From a virus (Duplodnaviria > Caudoviricetes), in IMG/VR virus record IMGVR_UViG_3300028591_005215, positions 192,001 to 256,000 of that record: 64,000 nt of DNA; one strand, given 5' to 3'. Both the position numbers and the translations under genes were made by a program. Positions 9,306-19,474 of this stretch are shown piece after piece (position 1 is the first letter of the stretch; each line of letters opens with the position of its first letter). The notes below the pieces were generated by a model, which ran no database searches, had not been told where the DNA came from, and worked only from the letters and a program-made list of their open reading frames with translations.

Positions 9306-10573
9306 TGGGTAGTAAAAAAACATTAGCAGACTTTGCTAAAGATTTAAAAAATGTTTGGGGAGATAGGTATACTATTTCCCCAAATACTGTTTATGTAAAC
9401 ACACATACTAAATTAAAAATAATATGTAAAAAACATGGCGAATTTGATGCTGAGCCAAATAGTTTATTACATGGACACGGTTGTAAAAAGTGTAGAGCAG
9501 AAACTGTAGGTAAAGATAGAGTTTTAAAAAATGAAGACGTAATCAATAATATAAAAAAAATACATGGTGATAAATATGACTTGTCTAAAATAAACTATGT
9601 GAATGCAAGGACAAAAATTACACCTATTTGTAAAAAACATGGCATGTTTTATATTAGATATTCTGATTTAATGAATGGACATGGTTGCCCTATATGTAGT
9701 AGTAACATTTCTAATCCAGAAAACGAAATATATGAATTTGTCAAGCAATATTTTGATGACGCAATACATAATGATAAAACAATAATAAGCCCTTTAGAAA
9801 TAGATATATTTATACCTTCAATAAATGTTGGGATTGAATACAATGGATTAAGATGGCATTCAGAAGAATTTCAAAAAGATAAAAATTATCATCTCAATAA
9901 ACTTAATAAATGCAACGAAAAAGGCATAAAATTAATACAGATTTTTGAAGATGAATACATTGAAAATAAATCTTTAGTTAAAGAAAAAATATTACATATA
10001 TTAGGTGTAAATAATAACTTGCCAAAAATAATGGGTAGAAAGTGTACAATTAACGAAATTAGCAAAGAAGAAGCGGAAGTATTCTTGACAAAGAATCATA
10101 TACAAGGCTTTGCTAGTTCATCAATTTACCTTGGGTGTTTTTATAATGATTTATTGGTTGGCGTCATGTCTTTTCTAAAAGAAAAAGAAGGTTACTGGAA
10201 CCTTACAAGATTCGCATCTAATAATGAATATATTTGCAATGGTGTAGGTGGTAAATTATTTAAATATTTTACTAAAAAATACGACCCAATAGAAGTTAAA
10301 TCTTTTGCTGATAGAAGATGGACAACTAATCCTGAGGATAATTTATATATAAAATTAAATTTCAAGCTTACAAACATTTTAAGACCAGATTATAGGTATG
10401 TTTTTAGGAAAGAATACGGGTTAAAACGTGTGCATAAATTTAATTTTAGAAAACAACATTTGAACAGGAAATATGGTTTACCATTAACTATGACTGAGTC
10501 AGAAATGACTGAAGCTTTAGGAGCATATAAGATATGGGATTGTGGCTTATTTAAATATGTTTGGAAAAAATAA
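9305..10573 (+). CDS. Free-standing putative homing endonuclease: 2 Zn-binding repeats + PD-(D/E)XK (Vsr-like) nuclease + GNAT-like C-terminal domain
   Basis: ICKKHG.F...L.GHGCxxC x2; EIDIFIP...GIEYNGLRWH; FL..NHIQG...GVMSF...LTRF...GGKLFKYF...SFADRRW. Confidence 0.7.
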   Translation: MGSKKTLADFAKDLKNVWGDRYTISPNTVYVNTHTKLKIICKKHGEFDAEPNSLLHGHGCKKCRAETVGKDRVLKNEDVINNIKKIHGDKYDLSKINYVNARTKITPICKKHGMFYIRYSDLMNGHGCPICSSNISNPENEIYEFVKQYFDDAIHNDKTIISPLEIDIFIPSINVGIEYNGLRWHSEEFQKDKNYHLNKLNKCNEKGIKLIQIFEDEYIENKSLVKEKILHILGVNNNLPKIMGRKCTINEISKEEAEVFLTKNHIQGFASSSIYLGCFYNDLLVGVMSFLKEKEGYWNLTRFASNNEYICNGVGGKLFKYFTKKYDPIEVKSFADRRWTTNPEDNLYIKLNFKLTNILRPDYRYVFRKEYGLKRVHKFNFRKQHLNRKYGLPLTMTESEMTEALGAYKIWDCGLFKYVWKK

Positions 10574-10609
10574 TGAAAGAAACTTTTCATTCTTTTTTTT
10601 TGCTATAGA

Positions 10610-10616
10610 TATTTAT
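10610..10616 (+). promoter_or_regulatory. Putative late promoter (TATTTAT)
   Basis: 17 nt upstream of ATG 10634, just after a weak hairpin/T-tract. Confidence 0.5.
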
Positions 10617-10633
10617 TAATAAAAAATACTAAT

Positions 10634-11308
10634 ATGGCAAAGAAATTAATTAGACTAACTGAAAGTGATTTACATAGAATTATCGAAAACTCAGTAAAAA
10701 GAGTTTTGAAAGAAAGTCAATTGAATGAACTTGATTGGAGGACATACGCAAATGCATCAAGGAAATGGGCTGACCATTTAATGCAGCATCCAGATGACCC
10801 AAGAAGGAAATCTGGCATTGTAGGACATACTGATAGCACAGGTACGCATGATATTACTACTGATAATAGATTGAGGGGATTTAATGATGCTATGAGGAAG
10901 AGCTTTAATGATGAATATGGGTATAATGCGCTTACAAGTGATGAAGTTGAGAAAAATGGTCTTGGCATACGTGACAAAGAAGGGTATTATGAAATGCCTT
11001 TTGAAACTGATAATATAGGTATGCGTGGATATTATGACCACCTATCTACAGAAACAGGTACAAATGCACCTGGTGGTAAACGGCACAAAATTCACAGAAT
11101 GGAAGACCAATTTGACTTACCTAATATATCAAATGGTGAAACATCAAGTGAACCGCATCGTGCATATAATAAAAAAGGCACATGGTCTAAAGAAAGAAGA
11201 TATGATATGAGCCCAGTAGATGATAAATTTGATAGCTACCCTTATATGAGAGCAAGAAATAGAGGTAATAAAGCTATTATGGACTATCAAAAGAATGGAT
11301 GGAAATAA
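10634..11308 (+). CDS. Accessory protein with an N-terminal KKLIRLTESDLH leader (putative head-packaged protein)
   Basis: MAKKLIRLTESDLHRIIENSVKRVLKESQLNE followed by an unrelated domain. Confidence 0.75.
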   Translation: MAKKLIRLTESDLHRIIENSVKRVLKESQLNELDWRTYANASRKWADHLMQHPDDPRRKSGIVGHTDSTGTHDITTDNRLRGFNDAMRKSFNDEYGYNALTSDEVEKNGLGIRDKEGYYEMPFETDNIGMRGYYDHLSTETGTNAPGGKRHKIHRMEDQFDLPNISNGETSSEPHRAYNKKGTWSKERRYDMSPVDDKFDSYPYMRARNRGNKAIMDYQKNGWK

Positions 11309-11340
11309 AATCTGTTGAATGAAAATATTCATTGGTATAC

Positions 11341-11372
11341 AAATCCAACTCATTTCTGAGTTGGATTTTTTT
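11341..11372 (+). terminator. Intrinsic terminator
   Basis: aaatccaactca-tttc-tgagttggattt plus T-tract. Confidence 0.85.
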
Positions 11373-11384
11373 ATTTACCAAAAA

Positions 11385-11391
11385 TATTTAT
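11385..11391 (+). promoter_or_regulatory. Putative late promoter (TATTTAT)
   Basis: 19 nt upstream of the neck gene ATG, directly after a terminator. Confidence 0.55.
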
Positions 11392-11410
11392 TAGTAATAA
11401 GATTTAAATT

Positions 11411-12568
11411 ATGATTATTACAGATAAAGTAAAAGACTTATTTAAAATCGCCAGAACTTTATGCGGTGCTCCAATCAGAAGTGTCCAGTTAACTGATGAC
11501 CAAATGTGCGACTTGCTAAAAGTTGCTATTGGTGATTATGCTGAAGTTGTGCAAAATTGGGTAATTGAATCGCAATGGATTAATGCCCAAGGTAGTCAAA
11601 TGATGCTTAAAGACCCTTCACAAGCAGCGTATGCCCTTACCATTAGGACGTTAGATTGGTCAAGGGACTATTCGTATTGGTTTTCACGTGAAGTTGGACT
11701 ACAGCAAAGAGGTAATTATGAATTGAAGAAAGATTTCTTTAAAATTGAGGCTGGTAAACAAGTGTATATAATACCTGCAGGACGAGAAATAAATAAAGTA
11801 CTATATATAACACCATCAACAACAAAAGCAGCTCTATATGGAACGTATGGGTCGTTTGATGGAGGTTTTGCTGGTGGCTTTGGACAAGTAGGAGATATTA
11901 ATCACCCAATGGGAATGCTAGGTATGTATGTTGGGTCAGTTTATGATGTTGCATTGCAAGCTGCTGACTTGAAATACAAGAATTCATTAATTAGAGGTGA
12001 TATGGCATACGAAGTTACTGCTGGTCCTAATGGTACACATCTTGTACATTTACTTTCTACACCAGGTAGTAGAAATAGCATGGGCGGAGTTTCTGCTGAT
12101 GATAGTTGGGGATGGAATCAATTCAAAGATTGCTATTGCTGGTATACATACTATGACGTAAGTAATACTGATGAAGAAGGCGCTACACAATGCCTTATTG
12201 ACAATAAGGATGATGTGTTAATAACACCAGACCAAGTCCCTTTGGATGAAATGCAATATGAATTAATGAACAACCCTACGCAACAGATAATTAGGCAATT
12301 GTTTGTTGCTGAATGCATGATAACATTAGGTATTATAAGGGGTACTTACTCAGGTACAGTGAAAATCCCGCAAGCAGAGATGCAGATGGACTATCAGATG
12401 TTACTAGAAATGGGCAAAGCTGAGAAGGAAAGAGTGTTTAATAACTTGAAAGAAAGGTTAAATGAAATGCTTCCTTGGAATCAATTACAGCATCAAGCAG
12501 ACTTAACTGATAATTTAATGAAAGTTTTACAGCAAAAACCAATGCCATTTAATTTTATGGTGAGATAA
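11411..12568 (+). CDS. Neck/head-completion protein, T4 gp13-like
   Basis: LCGAPIRSVQLTDDQMCD...AI..Y N-terminal signature; G.IRG.YSG...IP near the C-terminus. Confidence 0.75.
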   Translation: MIITDKVKDLFKIARTLCGAPIRSVQLTDDQMCDLLKVAIGDYAEVVQNWVIESQWINAQGSQMMLKDPSQAAYALTIRTLDWSRDYSYWFSREVGLQQRGNYELKKDFFKIEAGKQVYIIPAGREINKVLYITPSTTKAALYGTYGSFDGGFAGGFGQVGDINHPMGMLGMYVGSVYDVALQAADLKYKNSLIRGDMAYEVTAGPNGTHLVHLLSTPGSRNSMGGVSADDSWGWNQFKDCYCWYTYYDVSNTDEEGATQCLIDNKDDVLITPDQVPLDEMQYELMNNPTQQIIRQLFVAECMITLGIIRGTYSGTVKIPQAEMQMDYQMLLEMGKAEKERVFNNLKERLNEMLPWNQLQHQADLTDNLMKVLQQKPMPFNFMVR

Positions 12569-12574
12569 TAATAT

Positions 12575-12612
12575 AAGGGATAATTATTTTGACAAATAGT
12601 TGTCCCTTTTTT
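12575..12612 (+). terminator. Intrinsic terminator
   Basis: aagggataattattt...aaatagttgtccctt plus T-tract. Confidence 0.75.
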
Positions 12613-12660
12613 CTTTTTTATAATATTTATTTATATATTTGCTAAAATGGCATAAAATGT

Positions 12661-14529
12661 ATGGATAAACAAGAGAGATTTATACAACGGGCAAATGTAA
12701 TACATAATAATAAATACGATTACTCAAAAGTAGAGTACAACTCAGCTAAAGAAAAAGTTTGCATTATATGTCCTGAGCATGGCGAATTTTGGCAAACACC
12801 AAAGCAGCATTTGAAGGGACATGGGTGTAAAAAATGTGCTTCAGCTTTATCAAGTAATAAAAGGTCTTCAACGAAAGAAGAATTTATTGAACGAGCAAAA
12901 TTAGTACATGGCGATAAGTATAATTATAGTAACGTTGAATACGTTAATAATTCAACACCAATTTGCATTATATGCCCTGAACATGGTGAATTTTATCAAT
13001 CACCTAAATCACATCTAAATGGGTCTGGATGCCCAAAATGTTTTGATGAAAGAAGACGTTACATAAGGAAATATGATACTAAACTTTTTGTTGAAAAAGC
13101 TAAATTGGCTCACAATGGCAAATACGATTATTCAAAAGTAGATTATAAAGATTCCAGTGCTAAGATTTGTATTATATGTCCTGAACATGGTGAATTTTGG
13201 CAAACACCTGCACATCATTTAAATGGCGAAGGGTGTCCTAAATGCGCTTTATCTGTAAAATCTGAAGAACAACAAATGACTAAGGGCAGCTTTGTTGAAG
13301 CAGCTAATAAAATACATAATAATAAGTATTCATACTATAAATTTATTTACAATGGTGGTAAAGAAAAGTCAACTATAATTTGTCCTGTTCATGGTGAATT
13401 TGAAATGACACCAAATGCACACTTAAGAGGCCAAGGATGCCCTATTTGTGGTATAGAAGCAACTGCTAATAAATTAAGAGGAAATAAAGAAGACTTTATA
13501 AAAAAATCTAAAGAAATACATGGTGATAAGTATGATTACTCAAAAGTTAATTATGTAAATTATAAAACTAAAGTAGAAATTATTTGCAAAAAGCACGGGT
13601 CATTCCTAATTACACCATGTAATCATATTCAAAATCAAGCAGGATGTCCTAAATGCACTCATCAGCAATCTAAATCAGAAAAAGAAATTTATGAATACAT
13701 AAATAATTTAAATGTCTTCTGCGAAGAAGGTGATAGGGGAATTCTTAAAGGGAGAGAAATAGATGTGTTTGCCCCAATATTTCGTGTTGGCATTGAATTT
13801 GATGGACTAAGATGGCATAGTGAATTGTATAGGGATAAATCTTATCACTTAAACAAGACAATTGAATGTGAAAATAAAGGAATAAGATTGATACATATAT
13901 TTGAAGATGAATGGCTAAATAAACGTGATATATGGGAATCAATGCTTAGAAATGTATTTCATAAAATAACAAATAAAATTTACGCTAGAAAATGTACTTT
14001 AAAACTTGTACCTGAACGTGATAAAAAAATATTTTTAAACGGTAATCATATACAGGGCAATGCTAATAGCTCAATTAATTTAGGGTTATATTATAATGAT
14101 GAATTAGTGTCGTTAATGACTTTTGGCAAACCAAGAATAAATATGGGTGGAAAAGATAAAGATGGGTATTGGGAGCTTGTTAGGTTTTGTAATAAAATAA
14201 ATACTTCAGTTGTAGGTGGGGCAAGTAAATTATTTAAGCATTTCGTTAAGAATTATGACCCAATTAATATAGTATCTTATTCTGATAAAAGATGGTCAAC
14301 AGGTGGACTATATGACAAATTAGGGTTTATACATGACCATGATTCAAAGCCAAATTATTATTATGTTATTAATAATGAAAGAAAAAATAGATTTGGGTTT
14401 AGAAAAGATAAATTAATTAAAGAAGGCTTTGATAAAAATAAATCAGAACATGAAATAATGTTAGAAAGAAAAATATATAGAATATATGACTGTGGATGTA
14501 GGTGTCATATATGGAAAAAATGTAAATAG
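12661..14529 (+). CDS. Putative homing endonuclease: 5 Zn-binding repeats + PD-(D/E)XK nuclease + GNAT-like domain; paralogue of 9305..10573
   Basis: Five H..KY.Y...Y...IICxxHG.F...P..H....GCxxC repeats; EIDVF...GIEFDGLRWH; NHIQG, ELVRFC, GGASKLF, SYSDKRW; TATTTAT (12624) and TATATTTG (12634) upstream. Confidence 0.75.
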   Translation: MDKQERFIQRANVIHNNKYDYSKVEYNSAKEKVCIICPEHGEFWQTPKQHLKGHGCKKCASALSSNKRSSTKEEFIERAKLVHGDKYNYSNVEYVNNSTPICIICPEHGEFYQSPKSHLNGSGCPKCFDERRRYIRKYDTKLFVEKAKLAHNGKYDYSKVDYKDSSAKICIICPEHGEFWQTPAHHLNGEGCPKCALSVKSEEQQMTKGSFVEAANKIHNNKYSYYKFIYNGGKEKSTIICPVHGEFEMTPNAHLRGQGCPICGIEATANKLRGNKEDFIKKSKEIHGDKYDYSKVNYVNYKTKVEIICKKHGSFLITPCNHIQNQAGCPKCTHQQSKSEKEIYEYINNLNVFCEEGDRGILKGREIDVFAPIFRVGIEFDGLRWHSELYRDKSYHLNKTIECENKGIRLIHIFEDEWLNKRDIWESMLRNVFHKITNKIYARKCTLKLVPERDKKIFLNGNHIQGNANSSINLGLYYNDELVSLMTFGKPRINMGGKDKDGYWELVRFCNKINTSVVGGASKLFKHFVKNYDPINIVSYSDKRWSTGGLYDKLGFIHDHDSKPNYYYVINNERKNRFGFRKDKLIKEGFDKNKSEHEIMLERKIYRIYDCGCRCHIWKKCK

Positions 14530-14557
14530 CAGAAATTATAATCTGCTATTTTTTTTT
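14524..14557 (+). terminator. Intrinsic terminator
   Basis: aaatagcaga...tctgctattt plus T-tract. Confidence 0.75.
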
Positions 14558-14726
14558 ATTTTATTAACATTTTTTATATATTTACAAAAAATTATATAGG
14601 CAATTGCTTCAAGCTTTTTTTGCGTTGAGAAGGGACGAAAATATGTGGACATAGAAATTATCTATTGACACATAAAAGTCGCACAGAAGCGAATTAATAA
14701 AGCTATAAATGAATTAATTAAAGAAG

Positions 14727-15896
14727 ATGGTAAAACAAGTAGTTAAAAGGGTAAGAAAAATAGCTAATGGTATAAATGATGAGAAATTATTATATACATT
14801 ATTAATAGATGGTAATTCACTTTTGAAATCTTCACTTGTTAATAAAGAAATGAATTCAAAAGGGCAAGAATATGGTGCAGTGTGGAATATGTTAAGACGT
14901 ATAGGTGAACTTTTACTTAAAAAGGACTTTAATTATTGCATAGTTGCTTGGGACGGTAATGGTTCTGGCGTGCTTAGATATAAGTATTATCCTCTTTACA
15001 AAGCCAATCGTGATAAGCATTATGATAATTTTGTTGCGCAAACTGATTATGATAAGAAAATAGCTGATTATTGTAGAAAGGTATTGGCTTATCATAAAGG
15101 AAATAAAAAAGAAGTTAAACGTTCTGAAACTGATGATGAATCATTTGAAAGGCAACGAAGTATCATACAAGAAATACTTGACAACCTATATGTGAGACAA
15201 TTTATGTATGATGATGTAGAAGGTGATGATTTAATTGCGTATTATTGTAAAAATAAAAAGCAAAACGAACGAATTGTAATAGTTTCAGAAGATAGGGATA
15301 TTACGCAGCTTATTAATGATGAAATATGCATATGGATTCCATCAATTCATAAATTTATAACGCCCAATAATGACGTAGAAGAATTAGGCTACACTCATGA
15401 AAATGTTGTTTTGAAAAAAATTATTTGTGGTGATGCTTCAGATAATATATATGGCATTAAAGGTGTTGCTGAAAAGGGTTTACTTAAACAATTCCCAGAT
15501 TTAAAAGACAAAAAATGTACTTTAAATGAGATATTAGAGCGTTGCGAAGAAATACAAGGTGAAAGGACTAAAGACAAGAAAAAACCTCTTAAATCGCTTG
15601 AAAACATCCTTAATCGTGTAACAGACGGATGCCAAGGTAAAGATATATTTGAAATAAATGAAAAAATTATAGATTTATCTGTTCCTTTATTAACAGAGGA
15701 AGCTGAAAACGAATTGAAAATTGAATTGTATGCGCCAATAGACCCTGATGATAGGGACATTAAGAATGTTTATAAAATTATATATGATAATGATATGAAA
15801 AGATTACAAAATGAGACGATATTTGGTAATGTTTTTGGACCTTTTGAACGAATTTGTAAGATGGAAAAAAAATATTTTGCAGAAAATCATAAATAA
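14727..15896 (+). CDS. 5'-3' exonuclease / T4 RNase H-like flap endonuclease
   Basis: LIDGNS, AWDG, YKANR, EGDDLI, SEDRD, GDASDNI.GIKG (H3TH). Confidence 0.9.
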   Translation: MVKQVVKRVRKIANGINDEKLLYTLLIDGNSLLKSSLVNKEMNSKGQEYGAVWNMLRRIGELLLKKDFNYCIVAWDGNGSGVLRYKYYPLYKANRDKHYDNFVAQTDYDKKIADYCRKVLAYHKGNKKEVKRSETDDESFERQRSIIQEILDNLYVRQFMYDDVEGDDLIAYYCKNKKQNERIVIVSEDRDITQLINDEICIWIPSIHKFITPNNDVEELGYTHENVVLKKIICGDASDNIYGIKGVAEKGLLKQFPDLKDKKCTLNEILERCEEIQGERTKDKKKPLKSLENILNRVTDGCQGKDIFEINEKIIDLSVPLLTEEAENELKIELYAPIDPDDRDIKNVYKIIYDNDMKRLQNETIFGNVFGPFERICKMEKKYFAENHK

Positions 15897-15897
15897 T

Positions 15898-15928
15898 TTT
15901 GTTTTTAACGTTTTTTAATATATATTTG
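15898..15928 (+). promoter_or_regulatory. Bacteroidota-type -33/-7 promoter for the helicase operon
   Basis: TTTG 15898-15901, TTAAC 15905-15909, TATATTTG 15921-15928; 19-nt spacer. Confidence 0.75.
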
Positions 15929-15975
15929 CAGCACAATTAAACAAAACATTGTTAAACATTTAATTATTAATTTTT

Positions 15976-16734
15976 ATGACAGAAAAAAATTACAAAGAAG
16001 AGAGATTTGAATTTGCATTGTACGTTAACAACAATTTGATTTGCAAGCGAAATTTTAAAATCAATAATTTCATTCCTCATAGTATGGAATCTTTAGATTT
16101 TAAGGAAACTGTAGACGAAATTGTTGCTACTATTGATGACGATTTGAAGTCTAAGAGTCGTGTGTACACTTGGTACTATGGTGATGTTTCAGGGACATCC
16201 CAAGAACCTCTCGATGAATTTGTAAAGCCAAAGCCTGAACCTTGGGAATGCACTTTTAAATTTGTTATTACTGATAACAAAGTGCCTGTAATTGAAAAAA
16301 TTTGGGATGGCGGTGTTTACCCTAAGACTATTAGAGATAAAGTAGATATCGCAAATAAAGTGGTAAAAATCACAAATAAGGATGGTAGGACTTATACCTA
16401 TGATAAAGAATCATTCTTTGAAAACAATAAGGATAGATTGTCACCAGAATTGTATTGCTTACAGGGTATGATTATGGATAAACAAGATTTACTTATTTAC
16501 ATTACAAAGAAAATTTGCGAAAATTGTTCACCACGTGAAAATGGCTTTAAAACTACAAGCGATTATACGTTTGTTGAACAGTTTGGCAATGATAAGATTA
16601 CCGTTAAAAACGGTGCTAAGTCTAAAGCCAAAAAATATAACTTCAATATTGATACTTACAATAGAAAAGTAGATTCTATTTGGGGTAAGGCAGTGGCTGA
16701 AAAAACTAAAGCATATATTAGTACACTTTATTAA
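15976..16734 (+). CDS. Hypothetical protein directly upstream of the helicase
   Basis: 252-aa ORF, no recognisable motif. Confidence 0.7.
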   Translation: MTEKNYKEERFEFALYVNNNLICKRNFKINNFIPHSMESLDFKETVDEIVATIDDDLKSKSRVYTWYYGDVSGTSQEPLDEFVKPKPEPWECTFKFVITDNKVPVIEKIWDGGVYPKTIRDKVDIANKVVKITNKDGRTYTYDKESFFENNKDRLSPELYCLQGMIMDKQDLLIYITKKICENCSPRENGFKTTSDYTFVEQFGNDKITVKNGAKSKAKKYNFNIDTYNRKVDSIWGKAVAEKTKAYISTLY

Positions 16735-16753
16735 TTTTTTACGGAACATATAA

Positions 16754-19261
16754 ATGACAGGACGTAACGAAAAAAAAGACTTAGGTTTTTTAGGTGAAGA
16801 CTTTCAGTATAAATTAGTAAAAGAACTTACTGATGACAAAGAACTTTTCAAAGATTTAAGTAGCGTCATTGACCAGAATATGTTCACTGACCCAAGGTTA
16901 AAAACTTATGTAGGTGTAATGAAGGAACACTATGGAAAGTATGATAGTGTTCCTTCATACGACATTATACAAACGCAATTGTTTGAAAAGTCACATAATG
17001 ACACTGAAAGGGAATTTTATGCTGCTACGGTTGATAAAATCAAGCATACACCTACTGATGGGGCTGAATATATTAGAGATACTGCAATAAAGTTTTTTAA
17101 ACAGCAAAATATAATAAAAACTGCAAATGAAATTTTAAAAATAGCAGGAAACGGTGATACAACCCATTATGATAGATGCGTAGAACTATTAAATAATGCA
17201 TTGAACACAGGTGTTCATAGTGACTTGGGGTCAGGTGTTTTTGATAATGAAGAAGAAACATTATCTGATGATTATCGTATACCAATTCCAACAGGAATCG
17301 AAGGCATTGATGATACACTTGAAGGTGGTGTTGGCAAAGGTGAACTTGGTGTTATTGTAGGCCCAAGCTCTTTTGGTAAATCCCAACCACTTGATGCTAG
17401 AATATTAACTCCAAATGGATATAAACTAATGGGAGAAATGTCTGTTGGTGATTATGTAATAGGTTCTGATGGCAAACCTCATGTTGTAAGTGGTATATAT
17501 CCTCAAGGCAAAAGACCAATATATAAAGTTTCATTTTCAAATGGCACTTCATGCGAATGCGATATAGAACATTTATGGAATGTAAGTTCTCTCTATCAAA
17601 GATGCAGTAAAAAATATGCTCCTGATAATTCATTTAAAACTTTATCTTTAAGAGAAATATTAGAAATAGGACTAATTAAAAAAGGCTCTTCAAGATATAA
17701 CTTCAAAGTTCCTGTGGTTAAACCGATTGAATTTGCCGAACAAGAAACTAAGTTTGACCCATATTTAGTAGGTTATTATATTGGTAATGGTTCTTTTAAA
17801 AGAGTTGAAATAACAGTTGAAAAAAACAATAAAGAATACGTTGAATCAATTTTGAAACCAATTTTAAATGAAGATTTACATATTTTTTATAGAGAAAAAA
17901 GAAACATTTATCAGTTTGATATTACAGGTCAAACAAAAAAGAATTTAAAAGAATGTTTTTCTACAGAATGCAAGACAGATGGTAAATTTATACCTAGAGA
18001 ATATTTGTTTAATTCCATCGAAAAAAGAATTGCTGTTTTACAGGGAATAATGGATTCTGATGGTCACGCAAACAATAATGGCTCTTGTAAATTTTGTAGT
18101 AAGAGTAAACAACTTGCATTAGATGTGCAATTTCTTGTTCGTTCCCTTGGGGGGGTTGCAAGTTTAACAGAATCAAGTCCTTCATATTTTTCTAAAAAAT
18201 ATAATAAGAGAATAAATTGCGGTAAACGTTATAGTGTTACTATAAGTATGTGTGATGACTCAATTCCATTATTTAGAATTGAAAGGAAGCAAACAAGAGT
18301 TAAATATCACACACGTGGGGCTGATGCTTTGTTTATGACAAACGCTGAATATGTTGGAGAAAAAGAAGCACAGTGCATAATGGTAGATTCTGATGAACAT
18401 TTATATGTTACAGAGGATTTCATTGTAACTCATAACACTTCTTTGACAACAGCAATTGCAGGATATGCATCAACGTATCCTTGTGAACAAAACAATTATG
18501 AAGGCTTTAAAGTTCTTCAAATAGTTTTCGAAGATAGAGTAAAACAAATTCAAAGAAAACATTTTGGTAGAATTACAGGTATTGAATCTAAAGATTTGGG
18601 AAAGCCAGAAAACTTAGCAACTGTAAAAGAGCAGCTTGCCCACTATGAAGGTAAAGAAATGATGGAAAATAATTTAAGAATTCTTAGATTACCAAGTGGA
18701 GAAAAAACTGCATGGGATATCGAAAGAATTATTAAAAGATTCATCAACAACGGCTTTAGACCTGATTTGGTTATTGTAGACTATTTTGAATGCCTTGCAC
18801 ATAGGTCAGATTCATCATCTACTGAATGGGAGCAAGAAGGAAAAACTATGCGAAAATTTGAAGCTATGGCAGGCACTCTTAATATAGCTTTTTGGATTCC
18901 ATTGCAAGGAACTAAAGAATCCGTTAATATGGAACTTGTAACTATGGATAAAGCAGGTGGCTCTTTCAAAAAGATTCAAATTGCACATATTGTAATGTCA
19001 ATAGCCCGTTCTAATGAAGATATTGCTGAAAATAAGGCAACTATTGCTATTTTAAAGAATAGAGCAGGCAAAGCAGGCAAAGTGTTCAATAATGTAGAAT
19101 TTAACAATGGTACATGTAGGATTAGTACTGCTAATTGCGATGATGGACTTGACTCAATGTTTGCTTTCGATAAAAAGCAGCAAAAAGACAGAGATAATTT
19201 AGCTGCTGAAATTTTTAAGAAATTTAAAACGGAACATTCGGCAAGAAATGCATCTAAATAG
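16754..19261 (+). CDS. dnaB: Replicative DnaB/gp41-like helicase precursor containing an intein (483 aa after splicing)
   Basis: IPTG...D..L.GG..KGEL; Walker A GPSSFGK|T split by the intein; VIVDY; LKNR.G. Confidence 0.9.
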   Translation: MTGRNEKKDLGFLGEDFQYKLVKELTDDKELFKDLSSVIDQNMFTDPRLKTYVGVMKEHYGKYDSVPSYDIIQTQLFEKSHNDTEREFYAATVDKIKHTPTDGAEYIRDTAIKFFKQQNIIKTANEILKIAGNGDTTHYDRCVELLNNALNTGVHSDLGSGVFDNEEETLSDDYRIPIPTGIEGIDDTLEGGVGKGELGVIVGPSSFGKSQPLDARILTPNGYKLMGEMSVGDYVIGSDGKPHVVSGIYPQGKRPIYKVSFSNGTSCECDIEHLWNVSSLYQRCSKKYAPDNSFKTLSLREILEIGLIKKGSSRYNFKVPVVKPIEFAEQETKFDPYLVGYYIGNGSFKRVEITVEKNNKEYVESILKPILNEDLHIFYREKRNIYQFDITGQTKKNLKECFSTECKTDGKFIPREYLFNSIEKRIAVLQGIMDSDGHANNNGSCKFCSKSKQLALDVQFLVRSLGGVASLTESSPSYFSKKYNKRINCGKRYSVTISMCDDSIPLFRIERKQTRVKYHTRGADALFMTNAEYVGEKEAQCIMVDSDEHLYVTEDFIVTHNTSLTTAIAGYASTYPCEQNNYEGFKVLQIVFEDRVKQIQRKHFGRITGIESKDLGKPENLATVKEQLAHYEGKEMMENNLRILRLPSGEKTAWDIERIIKRFINNGFRPDLVIVDYFECLAHRSDSSSTEWEQEGKTMRKFEAMAGTLNIAFWIPLQGTKESVNMELVTMDKAGGSFKKIQIAHIVMSIARSNEDIAENKATIAILKNRAGKAGKVFNNVEFNNGTCRISTANCDDGLDSMFAFDKKQQKDRDNLAAEIFKKFKTEHSARNASK
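17381..18436 (+). mobile_element. Intein (352 aa) with LAGLIDADG endonuclease domain, inserted in the helicase Walker A
   Basis: Starts SQPLDARILTPNG; block B CDIEHLW; ends DFIVTHN followed by T(+1); PYLVGYYIGNG and LQGIMDSDG blocks. Confidence 0.92.
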
Positions 19262-19314
19262 TACAAAGTTTATTTTTTTAACGATAAAAAAAAAATAAAA
19301 AAATTTTTTAACGC

Positions 19315-19357
19315 AAAATTGGCTGTTCTAAGGGGATTAGCACAGCCAATTTTTTTT
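19315..19357 (+). terminator. Intrinsic terminator after the helicase
   Basis: aaaattggctgt...acagccaatttt plus T-tract. Confidence 0.8.
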
Positions 19358-19474
19358 ATTTAATTTTTTAATTTGAATTTTATGAAATGTGCTTCTATTT
19401 ATTTCTACAACGTTAACGTGATAGAATATACAAGCAAAAAAATAATAAAATAAGAAATATATAAATAAAAAAGC

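Noticed and set aside
8103-14745. Shared MVKQ N-termini of RecA and the exonuclease
   Set aside because: Only 4 residues; not distinguishable from chance
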